A DNA stretch of 64,000 bases from Ascoidea asiatica JCM 7603. Lineage: Eukaryota; Fungi; Ascomycota. Positions 22,892 through 34,943 of this stretch are shown one piece after another. The stretch's first letter is position 1. Each line of letters opens with the position of its first letter. The stretch lies in the NCBI GenBank assembly GCA_001600695.1, contig BCKQ01000002.1, positions 951,184-1,015,183 of the forward strand, given 5' to 3'. The translations under genes were made by a program, and so were the position numbers. Under the pieces are notes generated by a model. That model made no database searches. It was given only the letters and a program-made list of their open reading frames with translations, and was not told the DNA's origin.

Positions 22892-24703
22892 TATTGAAGA
22901 ATCCTAAAAGAATAATTTAATTACAAAGCAATATTGTTTGAAAATAAATAAAGTATTTTGAATTACGTATTTGATTGATTTATATTTGATAAAATGAAAC
23001 TCGAGAGAAATATTTAAAACGAATTTAGAATAAAATATTTAAGAGTTTATATTATTGAATAATATAAGATAATAATGATGAATCCTAGAATTCTTAAATC
23101 AATGATGATTTTTTTTCTGGAGAATTAAATAATGAAGCAACTTTCTCAGAGGTTGAATTTTCAAGTTCCTGGTTTCTGAATATCTTGATATTTGATTTTT
23201 GATCTTACTTTTGATCTTACTTTTGATCCTAGTTTTGATTTTGATCTTGATCTTGATCTTAATTTTCGGTCACTAGAATTAAAATAATAGCGTTTCAGTT
23301 TCCCTTGATTAGTTTTCCCTATTTCTTTAAATTTTTCTCATAAAGGACAGATTTATTTAAAAAATAGTAAATTTTCCAAAATAGAGTAATTAATTAAAAA
23401 AAGAAAGAATATTCGGATTCTGATTCTGATCATAAAGAGTAAAACTGACTGTTAATTGATAATTGATGATTGTTAATTAGTGTTACCTTTTTCAAATGGG
23501 TATCTAGAAAACCAGCACTGTGAACTGTTCTCGCACGCTTCTTCACTCTATTCTCTAAGCGGCGGTGAGCAAATGAAAGTAATTGGGGGCCCAGGTCTGC
23601 ACTCCTGGCGAACACTTTTGCAAACACACTTCTTCTAGAGTGTTCGCTAACAAAGTTTGTATTTCACCTTCTCTTTGAATATCTTCAAAAGCTCATTAAA
23701 ATCCCGACTCTAGAGTAAGAACACCTGTCTGAGTTAACAGTTAACGTTTCAATTAGTAGCAGTGAGCTTTTGTAACTATTAATAATAATAGAACTTTACT
23801 CGTAACGTTACACGTAGTAACACTATCCTTTTTTCCAAGTTTTGAATTGATATTGATTCCCTTGAAGTTCTTTTGAAACTACTGAAACATTTTGAACACT
23901 TCCAATCGTCTCTGAAACTCTTTTTATTTACTTATTACTATGGTATGGGTAATACTGATCTAGTTGAAAAAAAAAAAGAATTTGCTTCTATTGTAGAAAA
24001 ATTAAACCAAAATCGAACCAAAACCAAAGCTAAAACATGAGCTGTTTCATGGTCCCCTTTTACAGCAGAAACAAATATTTCACCTTCCATTCGATAAATT
24101 GTGATCTTGATGATATTGGAAATGAGTCTAGTGCTAGGTCTCCTATTAGTTCGGGTGCTAACAGTTTCCAAGGCGATTTCTGGGCAATACTGTGCTAAAT
24201 CACCTTTAAGAAGACTTAGTCAGGTGACACTTCTGGTTTTTGAACTCTTCCTTGAGCTTTCGAGGAAAATCCCTTTGCAGGAGTTGTTTTATTCCAAAAT
24301 GCAGCCAAGTGTAAGCAGATCAAACCATTGTTCCGGTAGCAGGAACTTATGTTAGCAAACCGGCACCAGCAATTATCGAACAAATGGTCGTTAACGATAA
24401 TGAGGTTCAATTTGCAGGGTAATAACATACTGATAATTTTATCCTAATTCTACAGTATTCCTCAAGACTTTCTAAAAAAGTATTTTTTTACTACATTTTA
24501 CCAGCTTATTAGTTATTATTTAATCATTTTAATATAAAGAGTAAAATTAAATATGTATTAATCAATTCATTATGCATTCAAACCTATGAATAATAGGAAT
24601 ATCCATACAGAAATGGGTAATCTTCAAATTTTATCAATCTTTTATATCTATCAGTAAATTGTTTTTCATAATCATAATCATCATCAAATATATATTTAAA
24701 TTG

Positions 24704-25993
24704 TTATTTCAAATCATCATCATTTTGATAGTCTTCCCAAACTTCTTCCCAATAATTTGGAGTTATTTCATCTTGTTTACTACTAAATTGATTTTTATTT
24801 CTTTCAAAAACTAATTTCGCACTATCAAATGAATTTTCTAAAAAATCATCTTCTCTTAAATTTTTTAATGGATCTGGTAAAAAACTTTTTAAATCATTTG
24901 AATCGTTTCTTATATCAACTCCAGTAGTTGAATTAACTAATTTTTTACCATCATTAGAAATTTCAATATTTTTATGAGAAATTTCATTCATAATTTTTAA
25001 AAATTTACTATTTTCAAATTTTTCTTTATTTTCCATAGAATTATTCATTGCATTTACTATGATTTTAGCTGTATTTGCAAATTTTTCTTTATCTGCATTA
25101 TTATTGTTATTATTATTATTGATATTATGGTTTTGTATTATTTCATTTTGAAGAATTTGATCATTATGAAAATTTCTTCTCAATTTTTCATTTTCATTTA
25201 TATAGAAAATTTCATTTTCCCTTTCTTGTTCTTTATCTTTACCTTTCTCATTTTCCCTTTGTAATTCTGAATTTTGTTCTTTATTTAATTCACTTTCGAC
25301 TTGATTAAATGCCTTTGCAAAAATATCATCACTGAAGGGATTAACTTGATTAGTTTGATCATTTTGATTGTTTTGATATTGATATTGATGTTGATTAGAT
25401 AGTGCATTCATAGAAGGTTGATAAATATTACTTGTATTCATACCCATATTCATTCCCATACTAAAAGGATTCATCAAATTAGATTGATTTTGATTGATTT
25501 GATTAGTAGATTGATTAGGTTGATTTAATTGGTTTGAACTATTTTGAAATTGAATGAATTCATTATTCCAACTTATTTCTTTTTGATAATTATTTTGATT
25601 ATTGTTTTGAATATTATTTTGTACGTTATTTTGAATAGAGTTAACATTGGGACTAATTTGCAAATTAGCAAAATCATTAGCCCAATTATTCACATTAAGG
25701 TTATTTTGTAGATTCATATTCATATTATTATTCATATTAAATTTGGAAGCTTGATTCAAATTATCAAAATGATTAATATCATTAAATCTATTAAATTCAT
25801 TTTGTAAATTTATATCAATATTATTTAATAAATTATTTCCATTTATTAATTCATTCTGACGATTTTGTTGTTGTTGATTTTGAATATTTCTTATATCTCC
25901 CTGTATTGAAAAATCACTCGTTGTTAAATTATTTAATTTTTGAACAGCAGTAGATGGACCACAAGAGCCTGAATCACTGAATAGTCCTGACAT
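24704..25993 (-). CDS. PEX20: PTS2 co-receptor of the Pex18/Pex20/Pex21 family
   Basis: N-terminal conserved Cys (SCGPSTAVQKL), WxxxF motifs (WANDF, WNNEF) and a C-terminal Pex7-binding box (KFENSKFLKIMNEI); no TPR domain. Confidence 0.85.
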   Translation of the reverse strand: MSGLFSDSGSCGPSTAVQKLNNLTTSDFSIQGDIRNIQNQQQQNRQNELINGNNLLNNIDINLQNEFNRFNDINHFDNLNQASKFNMNNNMNMNLQNNLNVNNWANDFANLQISPNVNSIQNNVQNNIQNNNQNNYQKEISWNNEFIQFQNSSNQLNQPNQSTNQINQNQSNLMNPFSMGMNMGMNTSNIYQPSMNALSNQHQYQYQNNQNDQTNQVNPFSDDIFAKAFNQVESELNKEQNSELQRENEKGKDKEQERENEIFYINENEKLRRNFHNDQILQNEIIQNHNINNNNNNNNADKEKFANTAKIIVNAMNNSMENKEKFENSKFLKIMNEISHKNIEISNDGKKLVNSTTGVDIRNDSNDLKSFLPDPLKNLREDDFLENSFDSAKLVFERNKNQFSSKQDEITPNYWEEVWEDYQNDDDLK

Positions 25994-27385
25994 ATTTTTA
26001 GCTTGCTGGATATTAAATATTTAATTTTTAGTAAATGAGATTTTTTGATACAAAAAGAGTATTAAAATATTATTGAATTAAAATAGTGAGTAGGAAAATT
26101 GTAATATATATAATTTATATTGATTCTTGTCTGATTGTTTGACTAATTATTTGACATATATATTATTTGATGATTATTGATTATGATTTTATCTTCATTC
26201 TATTATTCTAATCATAATAAAAGAATAAATTCTTCTATTCTTTGATTTTTGCCCTAATTCTCCTTTGACTTTTATCTTTATTCCTGATTCACTTACAAAA
26301 TCACTAAAACATGGGGAAAGCGAACCATGCACCGCCACTGTATTCTAGATTAGGTATTCAATTCCCCTTTACTCCGTGAAAGTCATGTCTTTTCCCAATT
26401 TGCATATTATATCAAAGCTGGCATGTGATTTCATCTGCCACGTTTCGGCGTTTATTTATTTCAGAAATATCACTCTGATCAAAAACAACAGACAAAAATA
26501 TTTTCATCTGAAAAATACTTCAAAGGTTTTGACTTTTTGTGGACACTTCAATCTTAGATCTGGAGAAATTGTTAAATAGAAATTTAGCTAAGAGAGTAAG
26601 CTCAAATAGTAATATTACAATCAAATTACCATGCTCTTTTTAAATAAATATAACAATAATCCTGTGATTTTTGTTACCAATTTATTTAATTACCAGCTGC
26701 CGATTTATCAGTTTCGGTTAGTTCCTAGAGTGTTTTTCTTACCTGGGGTAAAGTAATTAATTATATGAATTTATACACCACTTCTTTTTTACTTTATATC
26801 ACTCTCTCTCTCCAGGGTCTTTTTCTGGAAAAATTAACTGTTTTAGATAGGGGTTTAGATGAATGAGATCAATATTTTCATTTTTTAATAACTTCGAATA
26901 TACAGTATAAGCATTATAATGTGTCTAATTTAAAGTTTTGTTTATTTATTGATTGTTTCATTGAGATTTTTTTTCATTGAAAATTGAAAAAACTATAAAA
27001 AATTTTTGAACAAAAATTATAAAATAAGAATCAAAATAGAGAAGCTATGGACCCGAAAACAAGGGAAAAACAGAAAAAAAAGAGTAATAGAAAAAAAATA
27101 AAAAAAGAAAATAACTAATAGATAACTAGAACAAAAAGTAAGAAAATTAACAAAATATAAAACTTAAAGTAAAATAAGACAAAATAAAACAAAATATTAA
27201 CAATATAATAACTGAGTTTTTAAACAGAAAAAACTCAAAAAAAATTCAGCGTTATTTTTAAACAAAGTCACAGTATTAATAGATAAATCGACTTGGAAAA
27301 TAATTCAGAATACTGTCGTTTGGAATACACCCTTAAATGGATACCATTTTTTTCAATAAGAATTGAAAAATAAATTTTTTAAAAA

Positions 27386-30300
27386 TTAGCTGAAATAATC
27401 TTCATTTGAACTGAAAATCTTTTTTTGTAAATCAACAACATTATTCTTCAATTGATCTCTCTCTTGTCTAATTATAAATAATTCTGCTTTTAAGTCCCTG
27501 ATTTGCATTGTAAAATGTGCATCTTTGAAACCATCATCCATATCATCATCTGATAAATTTTCATTTCCTTCATTGATATTACTAAATTTCCCTGAGGAAT
27601 TTTCCAAACTTGTTCTAGATCCATTTGTTAATGATGAATTAGTTCTTGACCCATTTCTTCTGAGTTTATATAATTTCATAGAATCTAATTCATTTTTCAT
27701 TTTATTATTAAGTTCTCTTTGTTTTACTAATTCAACTTGTGATAATTCTAATGCAGTTGAAGCTTTTTCAACTGAGGATAATGCATTTCTATATCTATCT
27801 TCAAATCTTTTATAATGATTAACTTTCAAATTCTCTTCTTTTAATTTAGATACTTGTTCATTTAAGGTTTCAATTTCTTTAATTAATTTGAAATTATTAT
27901 CTTCTTGATCTTTATTAAGATTAATTAATTCATCAAGCTGTTCTTGTAATGAACTTATATATCCTTCCTTTTCTCCATTATAACTGTTACCAATACTATC
28001 ACCACTATTAGTTGAGGATATTTTTCTTAAACTATCTCCTTTATTATCTTTGTTAAAGTTATTATAATTATTTTTCTTTTTATCACCCCATAAAGCTAAT
28101 AAGTTTTCAAGTTTATTATTAACAATATCAAATTCTTCTTGAAATTGCTCCTTAGATACTTTTTTCTCCTCTTTTAATATTCTAATTTCTTCAACTAACT
28201 GCATATTTTTAATTTTAACTTCTTTCAATTCTTCAACTAAATTATCATAGTTTTTAATTTTAATTGCTTCATTTTCTTCAAATTCTTTTTTAGTATTGAT
28301 TAAATTTTTTAAATTCATTAATTCTTCAAATTTATCATTAACAATTGGCTCAAAATGAAAATATTTATTACTTATCTCTTCTTTGGCTTTTTTCTCTTTC
28401 ATCAAAAGATTATTTAGTTCTAAATTCTCAATTTTAAGGGAACTGTATTCTTGTGATGTTTTAAGATTTTTTGTATCATTCAAAGTTCTATCTTCAGCAT
28501 TATTTATATTAATTTCTTCGAGTTCTTTTATCATTTTTTCTTTTACATTCAATTCATTATTAAATGAATCAATTTCCATTTTCTTTGAATTGGAAAATTC
28601 AATTTCCTTATCTCGTAATTTTTTAATATTCTCTTCAATTATCATTTGTTTTTCATTTTCTAATTTTCTAACTTTATCACTAGCCAATTTAGCTTGATCA
28701 CTCATATCTCTTTGAAGTTCAAATAATTCATGCTGTAAGCTTTCAACTATCTTACGAAAATTTTCTTTATCAGCCTCACTCACGTTTCCATTACTATTAT
28801 TTGAATTCATATTGATATTATTTTTCTTCATATATGTTAACTCTGGTGTAATTGGTGAATCTTCACTTAAATTTTTAGGTTTTTGATTGATATTGTTGAT
28901 ATGATTATTATTGATAATCATACCACTACCAATTCCGTTAACATTCTTAGTTTGTGTAGTTGAAGGAGGTGGAGTTAATGGAAAACTATTATTATTCCTA
29001 GCTTTATGATAAGGATTGGAGTTATTAGAATTTATTGAATTAATTGACTTAATATCTTCTTGTGCTATACTAGAAAGAGCACTAGGAGTTGGAGTAGCAT
29101 CTAAATTATTTAAAATTGTTGCCTCAGATGTTAAAGAGTTTCTATCTGTGCTTATTGATCTATCTGTTTGGTATGGCACATCAGGGCTATCTGGAAGGAC
29201 CTCTTCCTCGGGCATTTTGATCTCAACTAACTTAGAAGGATCAGGATCTCTATATATTTTAACTGCTTTATTGGTGTTCAATTTACTACTAGAGGTACTT
29301 GCATTTTTGAAAGAGTTAATATTGACTGGAATTGGATTCGAGTCAAATGGAGGTTTTGACAGAGGTTTTGCAAATGATTCTTCATTATCTATAATCGGAG
29401 TAGAAGTATCAGGAACATCAATAGAAGACAAAGAAGCAATTTTCTCGTTTTTGATCTTGTTTTCAGCTATTACTGTAGGATTATTAATCAACTTGGAGTT
29501 GGAGACAGAATTACCCTTTCCATAAGAATCTAGTAAATCATTGGATGAATTAGTAAGATATGAAGCCAAAAAGTCTGATTCATTTCTATCACTCTTGCCA
29601 CCCGAATTACTATTTGTATTGACACTTGAACCGACAGTTGAATTATCCCCTTCATAATCATCAAAAGGTTTACTGAATGGTTTGAAATCACCAAAATCAG
29701 GTTCACCAAGTATATTATCCCCTAACATCTGTGTATCTTTGTCAAGAATGTCCTTAAGTGGATCCTTCTTTTCCGTTAAAGATTCAAGTTCTACGGCTTC
29801 AACATTTTTAACTGTAGTATTCTGCTCATCTGTTTGAGAAGATAATTTGGAATCATCAGGAGCAATTATAGCAGCGTTGGATTGAATATTTTCATCTGTT
29901 GGTTCAACCAAGTTACTGGTATCCATTGGTACAATATTTTCATGGCTTTCAACAGGTCTCACGACAGGACTTTGAGAAGGAGTTTCAAATTCATCTTCGT
30001 GATTACTGGCAGTATTATTAGAATTTTTGCTTAAAGATAAAGAAGATTGAGAATTTTTCAAATTTGAAGTATTTGAGTGAGTTGCTTTAGGCTGTTCGAA
30101 TTCTTTTTCTGCCAGATTTTCATTTGAAAACTCTTCTTTAATTGGAGAAAATTGATTAATATTCTGGAAAGACCTTTGATTATTTAATTCTGTCGATATA
30201 GGTGGTGCTAAAGATGGGTATTGCATATTATTATTTCCGGAAGAACCAGATATTGAGCTAGTTCTTTTTCTAGAAACTTCGCTACTTGAACTTCTACTTC

Positions 30301-32992
30301 TTCTTAATACAGACTTCTCTACTAATTCAGCAGACCTTTGAAATTCTTTTGTATTATCACTACTTCCTGGGACATGATAAACGGCTTGAGAATTTGAAAG
30401 TGGATCATTTGTTCCAAGATTACCAGTGACTAAATCTTCATTCCAAATGTTAACACCTTTATAATAGATCATCCACTCATTATATAAATCTAAATCAAAA
30501 AGATAAACCAAAGTACCATAGTTTAAATTTTTATTCAATTGATTGAAATCATTCGGAGTAGCGCTTGCGTAATCCAACTGATCGCCACCCATTATTAATA
30601 ATTTATTTCTTGATTCACTTAAAGTATTTGAAGTTATAGCAAACTCCGAAATCTTTTGAGGGTTTAAGTTTATGTTGTTAAATTTAGTAGTATTGTTTAA
30701 AGAATTTGATGATCCGGATGTTAAAGAATTTGATGATTTGAATCTATAATTAACAATTGAAGTTAAAGTATGGCCACATCTTAATCCTGGATTCATTTTG
30801 AAATTATGAACTTTGAACCAATTATTGGTATTTAAATTTAAAATATAGAAATCACCTAAGATTTCACCTTTGAATGTTTTACCACCATAAACAACCATTA
30901 AATTTTTGACTAAAGCAGCTGAATGTTCTTCCATTGGTGGAGGTAAATCCCCTGTACATTTAACATTTTCCCATAAATTTGTAGCAGGATCAAAAGCATA
31001 TAAATTACCAGATATATTTTCATTTTCATTGGAACCACCAAATATATATATTTTATAGTTGAATATAACCATAGAATGATTAGTTAAAGGAGGAGGAATA
31101 TCATCTGGATTTTCATTTAAAGGTTTAATTAGCTCCCAGTGAGATGTTGGTTTTCTGAAAGAGCTTAAATCAAACATCCATAAATCATTGAAAACTTCGG
31201 AATCCAATTGTCCACCAAAAAGAAATAACCTTGATTGAGTATTTGTTTTAGCAATTACGCCAAGACTATGACCATATCTTCCACAAGGTCTTGCACCGAC
31301 TGGATGAGGTATAGTCCATTTCAAAGAATTTATATTAAATAAATATAAATCATTATCTAATTCACCTGAATCATTAGTTTGAATAGTATCACCACCGAAT
31401 ATTATAAATGCATTTCCACATAAACAAGAATTATGACCGACTCTTGGAGCTGGGATTCCATCAAAATTTTCTATAGGTTCAGCATAAAAATCATTGGAAT
31501 TTAATGCCCATAAATCACCATATACAGAACCTTCTCTTAAACCACCCATTATAAATACATGACCTTTATCAGAAATTATAGAAGACGCAGTATGTCTGTA
31601 ACGTGGAAAGGGAGAATTTAATAATTTAATTCTTGTCCAAGGAGTAAATGTTTCAAAATTTGGTTTTGGACGAGGAATTTGTTTAATTGATTGTGATTGA
31701 ATATGTTGCTGCTGTTGCTGTTGTTGCTGTTGTTGAGATTGTTTCTCTTGAGAAAATGATTGTGGTTGTGGCTGAGGAGGAAGTGAAGCTTGAGAATTGG
31801 TCTGGACAATTCTTTGATGTTGATTTGGATTTTGATTCGAATTCTGATTTGAGTTTGGATTTATAATTTGATTTGAAATTAGATTTGGATTTGGATTTCG
31901 AATAGGAATTTGTTGTAATCCTTGATTTGAGTTTTGAGGCATATTTGATTTATTTAAATTGTTAATATTGATTTGATTTTGATTTAATTGATTATGATTT
32001 TGATTCTGATGTTGATTTTGATTCATTTGATTTTGATTTTGGCTTAATTGATTTTTAATTGTAGCTTCCATTTGTGGATTGAATAATTGAGGAGAAGAAC
32101 TATATTTTTGTCTATTATTATTTAATTGATTTGGTGGAGGAATAGCAAAATTATTTAAATTATTATTATTCAAATTATTATTGTTTGTATTATTATTATT
32201 GTTTGTATTATTATTATTGATATTATTATTATTAATATTATTTAAATTAGCGGGATTATTTGAATTAATATTAGAAAACTGTTTTAAATTTTGATTATTT
32301 TGATAATTTGATTTCATTGAATTATTATTATTAGTTGTGAATGGAACATAATTGTTTTGTAAAGGTTTTACAGTTGGTATATAACTCAGATGATTATTTC
32401 TTAAATTTTTATGATTTAAATTAGGTTGAATATTATTTATATTATTACTTTGAGAATTACTATTTAAATTATTTATAATTGAATTAAATTGATTTTTTTT
32501 AACAGTAGGAGGAGATTTTAGTTGATTTTCAATATTTCTGTTATTAAAATTAGAATTAGAGTTTGAATTAGAATTAGGTGTTGGAATATTTGAATCAAAA
32601 GAGTTTGACTTATTTAATGTTTTAATATTATTATTTTTATTATTTGGTAAATTATTTGATACAGAATTTTTTCTAGATGAATTTAGAGCAGTATTATTAT
32701 TTGAAATAGGAATTGAAGAATTTTGAACCAATTGACTATTAGTAGTTTGATTATTTTGAACCAATTGACTATTAGTAGTTTGATTATTTTGATTATTTTT
32801 ATTATTAAGATTACTATTACTATTACTATTATTATTCAGAAGATTATTTGATTGAAGAGGACTATTTGAAAGATTTGAACTATTAGAATTGTTTGAATTA
32901 TTTGAATTTGCAGAATGAAAATAATGATGAGAAGGAGAAGTTTGAGAATTTTCTTTATGTTTTCTACTTTTACCAAATATAAAAGGAGGCAT
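27386..32992 (-). CDS. KEL1: Kelch-repeat polarity protein Kel1/Kel2 (N/Q-rich N-terminus, kelch propeller, C-terminal coiled coil)
   Basis: PWTRIKLLNSPFPRYRH, PAPRVGH...CGNAFIIFGGDT, RPCGRYGH, LFLFGGQ, and a C-terminal IRDLKAELFIIRQERDQLK. The first ATG is at 32992 (MPPFIFGK, compare Kel1 MAGFSFAK); the frame stays open to a TTG at 33184. Confidence 0.93.
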   Translation of the reverse strand: MPPFIFGKSRKHKENSQTSPSHHYFHSANSNNSNNSNSSNLSNSPLQSNNLLNNNSNSNSNLNNKNNQNNQTTNSQLVQNNQTTNSQLVQNSSIPISNNNTALNSSRKNSVSNNLPNNKNNNIKTLNKSNSFDSNIPTPNSNSNSNSNFNNRNIENQLKSPPTVKKNQFNSIINNLNSNSQSNNINNIQPNLNHKNLRNNHLSYIPTVKPLQNNYVPFTTNNNNSMKSNYQNNQNLKQFSNINSNNPANLNNINNNNINNNNTNNNNNTNNNNLNNNNLNNFAIPPPNQLNNNRQKYSSSPQLFNPQMEATIKNQLSQNQNQMNQNQHQNQNHNQLNQNQININNLNKSNMPQNSNQGLQQIPIRNPNPNLISNQIINPNSNQNSNQNPNQHQRIVQTNSQASLPPQPQPQSFSQEKQSQQQQQQQQQQHIQSQSIKQIPRPKPNFETFTPWTRIKLLNSPFPRYRHTASSIISDKGHVFIMGGLREGSVYGDLWALNSNDFYAEPIENFDGIPAPRVGHNSCLCGNAFIIFGGDTIQTNDSGELDNDLYLFNINSLKWTIPHPVGARPCGRYGHSLGVIAKTNTQSRLFLFGGQLDSEVFNDLWMFDLSSFRKPTSHWELIKPLNENPDDIPPPLTNHSMVIFNYKIYIFGGSNENENISGNLYAFDPATNLWENVKCTGDLPPPMEEHSAALVKNLMVVYGGKTFKGEILGDFYILNLNTNNWFKVHNFKMNPGLRCGHTLTSIVNYRFKSSNSLTSGSSNSLNNTTKFNNINLNPQKISEFAITSNTLSESRNKLLIMGGDQLDYASATPNDFNQLNKNLNYGTLVYLFDLDLYNEWMIYYKGVNIWNEDLVTGNLGTNDPLSNSQAVYHVPGSSDNTKEFQRSAELVEKSVLRRSRSSSSEVSRKRTSSISGSSGNNNMQYPSLAPPISTELNNQRSFQNINQFSPIKEEFSNENLAEKEFEQPKATHSNTSNLKNSQSSLSLSKNSNNTASNHEDEFETPSQSPVVRPVESHENIVPMDTSNLVEPTDENIQSNAAIIAPDDSKLSSQTDEQNTTVKNVEAVELESLTEKKDPLKDILDKDTQMLGDNILGEPDFGDFKPFSKPFDDYEGDNSTVGSSVNTNSNSGGKSDRNESDFLASYLTNSSNDLLDSYGKGNSVSNSKLINNPTVIAENKIKNEKIASLSSIDVPDTSTPIIDNEESFAKPLSKPPFDSNPIPVNINSFKNASTSSSKLNTNKAVKIYRDPDPSKLVEIKMPEEEVLPDSPDVPYQTDRSISTDRNSLTSEATILNNLDATPTPSALSSIAQEDIKSINSINSNNSNPYHKARNNNSFPLTPPPSTTQTKNVNGIGSGMIINNNHINNINQKPKNLSEDSPITPELTYMKKNNINMNSNNSNGNVSEADKENFRKIVESLQHELFELQRDMSDQAKLASDKVRKLENEKQMIIEENIKKLRDKEIEFSNSKKMEIDSFNNELNVKEKMIKELEEININNAEDRTLNDTKNLKTSQEYSSLKIENLELNNLLMKEKKAKEEISNKYFHFEPIVNDKFEELMNLKNLINTKKEFEENEAIKIKNYDNLVEELKEVKIKNMQLVEEIRILKEEKKVSKEQFQEEFDIVNNKLENLLALWGDKKKNNYNNFNKDNKGDSLRKISSTNSGDSIGNSYNGEKEGYISSLQEQLDELINLNKDQEDNNFKLIKEIETLNEQVSKLKEENLKVNHYKRFEDRYRNALSSVEKASTALELSQVELVKQRELNNKMKNELDSMKLYKLRRNGSRTNSSLTNGSRTSLENSSGKFSNINEGNENLSDDDMDDGFKDAHFTMQIRDLKAELFIIRQERDQLKNNVVDLQKKIFSSNEDYFS
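32724..32790 (-). repeat. Tandem 33-bp repeat in KEL1 encoding NNQTTNSQLVQ twice
   Basis: The translation shows NNQTTNSQLVQNNQTTNSQLVQ; the DNA unit TGAACCAATTGACTATTAGTAGTTTGATTATTT is duplicated. Confidence 0.85.
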
Positions 32993-33644
32993 TGCTAAAT
33001 TAAAAAATTCTTTAAATAAAGTACTTCTTTTTTTTTGAATTGGTTTATTTTGTTTAGTTGAAGATTTTTCAGATTTATTTGTTGAGTTAAATTTACTATT
33101 ATTATTATTATTGATGTTATTTAAATCTTTAGAAATATCTAAATTTGAGGAAATTTTAGGTAAAGGAGGAGTAGGATTAAACAACTTTCAAGATTTTATT
33201 ATAGTTAATTCTTTTTTTAATATTTTGTATTTTATATTATATCTTTTATGTTTATGTTTTATGTTTTATGGTTAATATCTTTGTAGTTGAGATTTAGTTA
33301 AATAATATAATAGATAGCCAAAATGAATTGAAAGAATGAGATAATTAATTCATAAGATTCATTTATAGAAATTGAAATTGAAATCAAATTGAATAAGATT
33401 AAATTAGAAATAGAAATAAAATATTCAAATTTCAAAAATAAAAATAATGATAAAGATAATGAGAATAAGTGAGGTACTGTTTTCTATTTTGTTAAACGAT
33501 AATTTATAAATATATGAATAATACGTTATTAATTGAATCGTTAAGTATGAGATCTAGATATGGAAAGTTATGTAAGAATCAGCCAGAATAGTGCCTCAAT
33601 GACAAAAAAGACGAAATGATGAAAAGGATTAAAACGATAACGTG

Positions 33645-33692
33645 AATTGAATTGAATTGAATTGAATTAAGATTGAGATTGAGATTGAGATT
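33645..33692. repeat. Compound microsatellite (GAATT)n(GAGATT)n upstream of KEL1
   Basis: gaattgaattgaattgaattgaattaagattgagattgagattgagatt, read directly from the sequence. Confidence 0.8.
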
Positions 33693-34943
33693 GTTTTACA
33701 CTGAATTGGATTTAGTGTTGGGTTGATTGAAAAATTTATATGATTGATTGATTTGGATTATTATTGTAATTGTGAATAAAAGTGAAGCGATTTATTGCAA
33801 TTATGATTAATAGTTGAATAGAATAATTAAAAGGAAAAATATTATTTTTTTATTATGAAACTATCAAAAAAAACAAGGGCATGTAGCAAAATGAGGTAAG
33901 AGTGAAGTGATTGAATCTGCCTTATGAGATTGAGTATAATTGAGATAGTGTAAGGTGAGGATTATTGATGAAAATATATTTATTTATCTATTTATCTAAT
34001 TATTTATTTATATTTATTTATTTATATTTCTAGTTATATTTTTATTTATAACTAGTGAATATTGAGTAATTAATAATGAGTAATGAGATCTATATATTTG
34101 GATAAATCAGAGTGAATAAAAGGATAAATGATTCTGGTGATTCTGATGATTTCAATGGAGCTGTTGACGAAAAGCATCCCATTTCAGAGTTACCGCACTG
34201 TAGCTTAACTTTAGATTTCCAGGTTTAACCTTACTCTTGGTGTACAATAGCAGTGTTTTCAGCAGTCAACCCAACATTTAGGTCTGAATGAGAGAGAGAA
34301 AAAGAGAAATAGCCCAGTTCTGCTTTTCCACCTTCCTTCCTTCTGCCACTGCCATCGCCACTGCCACTGCCACTGTCATTTCCCTGTCCTTGATACTGCA
34401 ACTTCTCCTGCTATTGCTGCTGCTACCGCTGCTGATTTGACTTACGACTCAAGCCTGGTGCTCCGGGCCGGTTCTGGTCCGGATTGAAATCCACCTAGAG
34501 TTAAGTCAGCTCTGTCCCAATTTTCCAGCGTCTGTAACGTCACCTAGACGGTCTGTTTCAGAATGCCATCCTAAACACTAGACGAACACCGCGGTGGTTT
34601 AGCATTGGCAGCTGGAACACTTGTGGCATGCTACGTTCACACTTCATGCTTCCACGTTCAAAAATCCTTGCACTCTCAACTTTTCATCTCTTTTCAGTGT
34701 TTATTTCCTCATTGGGTCTCAAAACAATAATCATAAACTAGAGCACATGATCCAATAACATCTTTTAAATGGTTGCAAACTTATGCATCAAATATCTAAA
34801 GTCTGTAAAGTTAGCATCAAAAATATAGATCCATAATATTGGTTTCTAAAATATTTTTATATATTTTTTTATATTTGAATATCATTTAAAATTTCATTAA
34901 ATTCATTAACTTCTATATAATTAATTGATTGATTTGTTTTCCT

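Noticed and set aside
27525-29525. Antisense ORFs inside KEL1 (and likewise inside AVT, TDA11, SWA2, ECM38 and MSB1)
   Set aside because: Shadow frames produced by the codon bias of the real genes.
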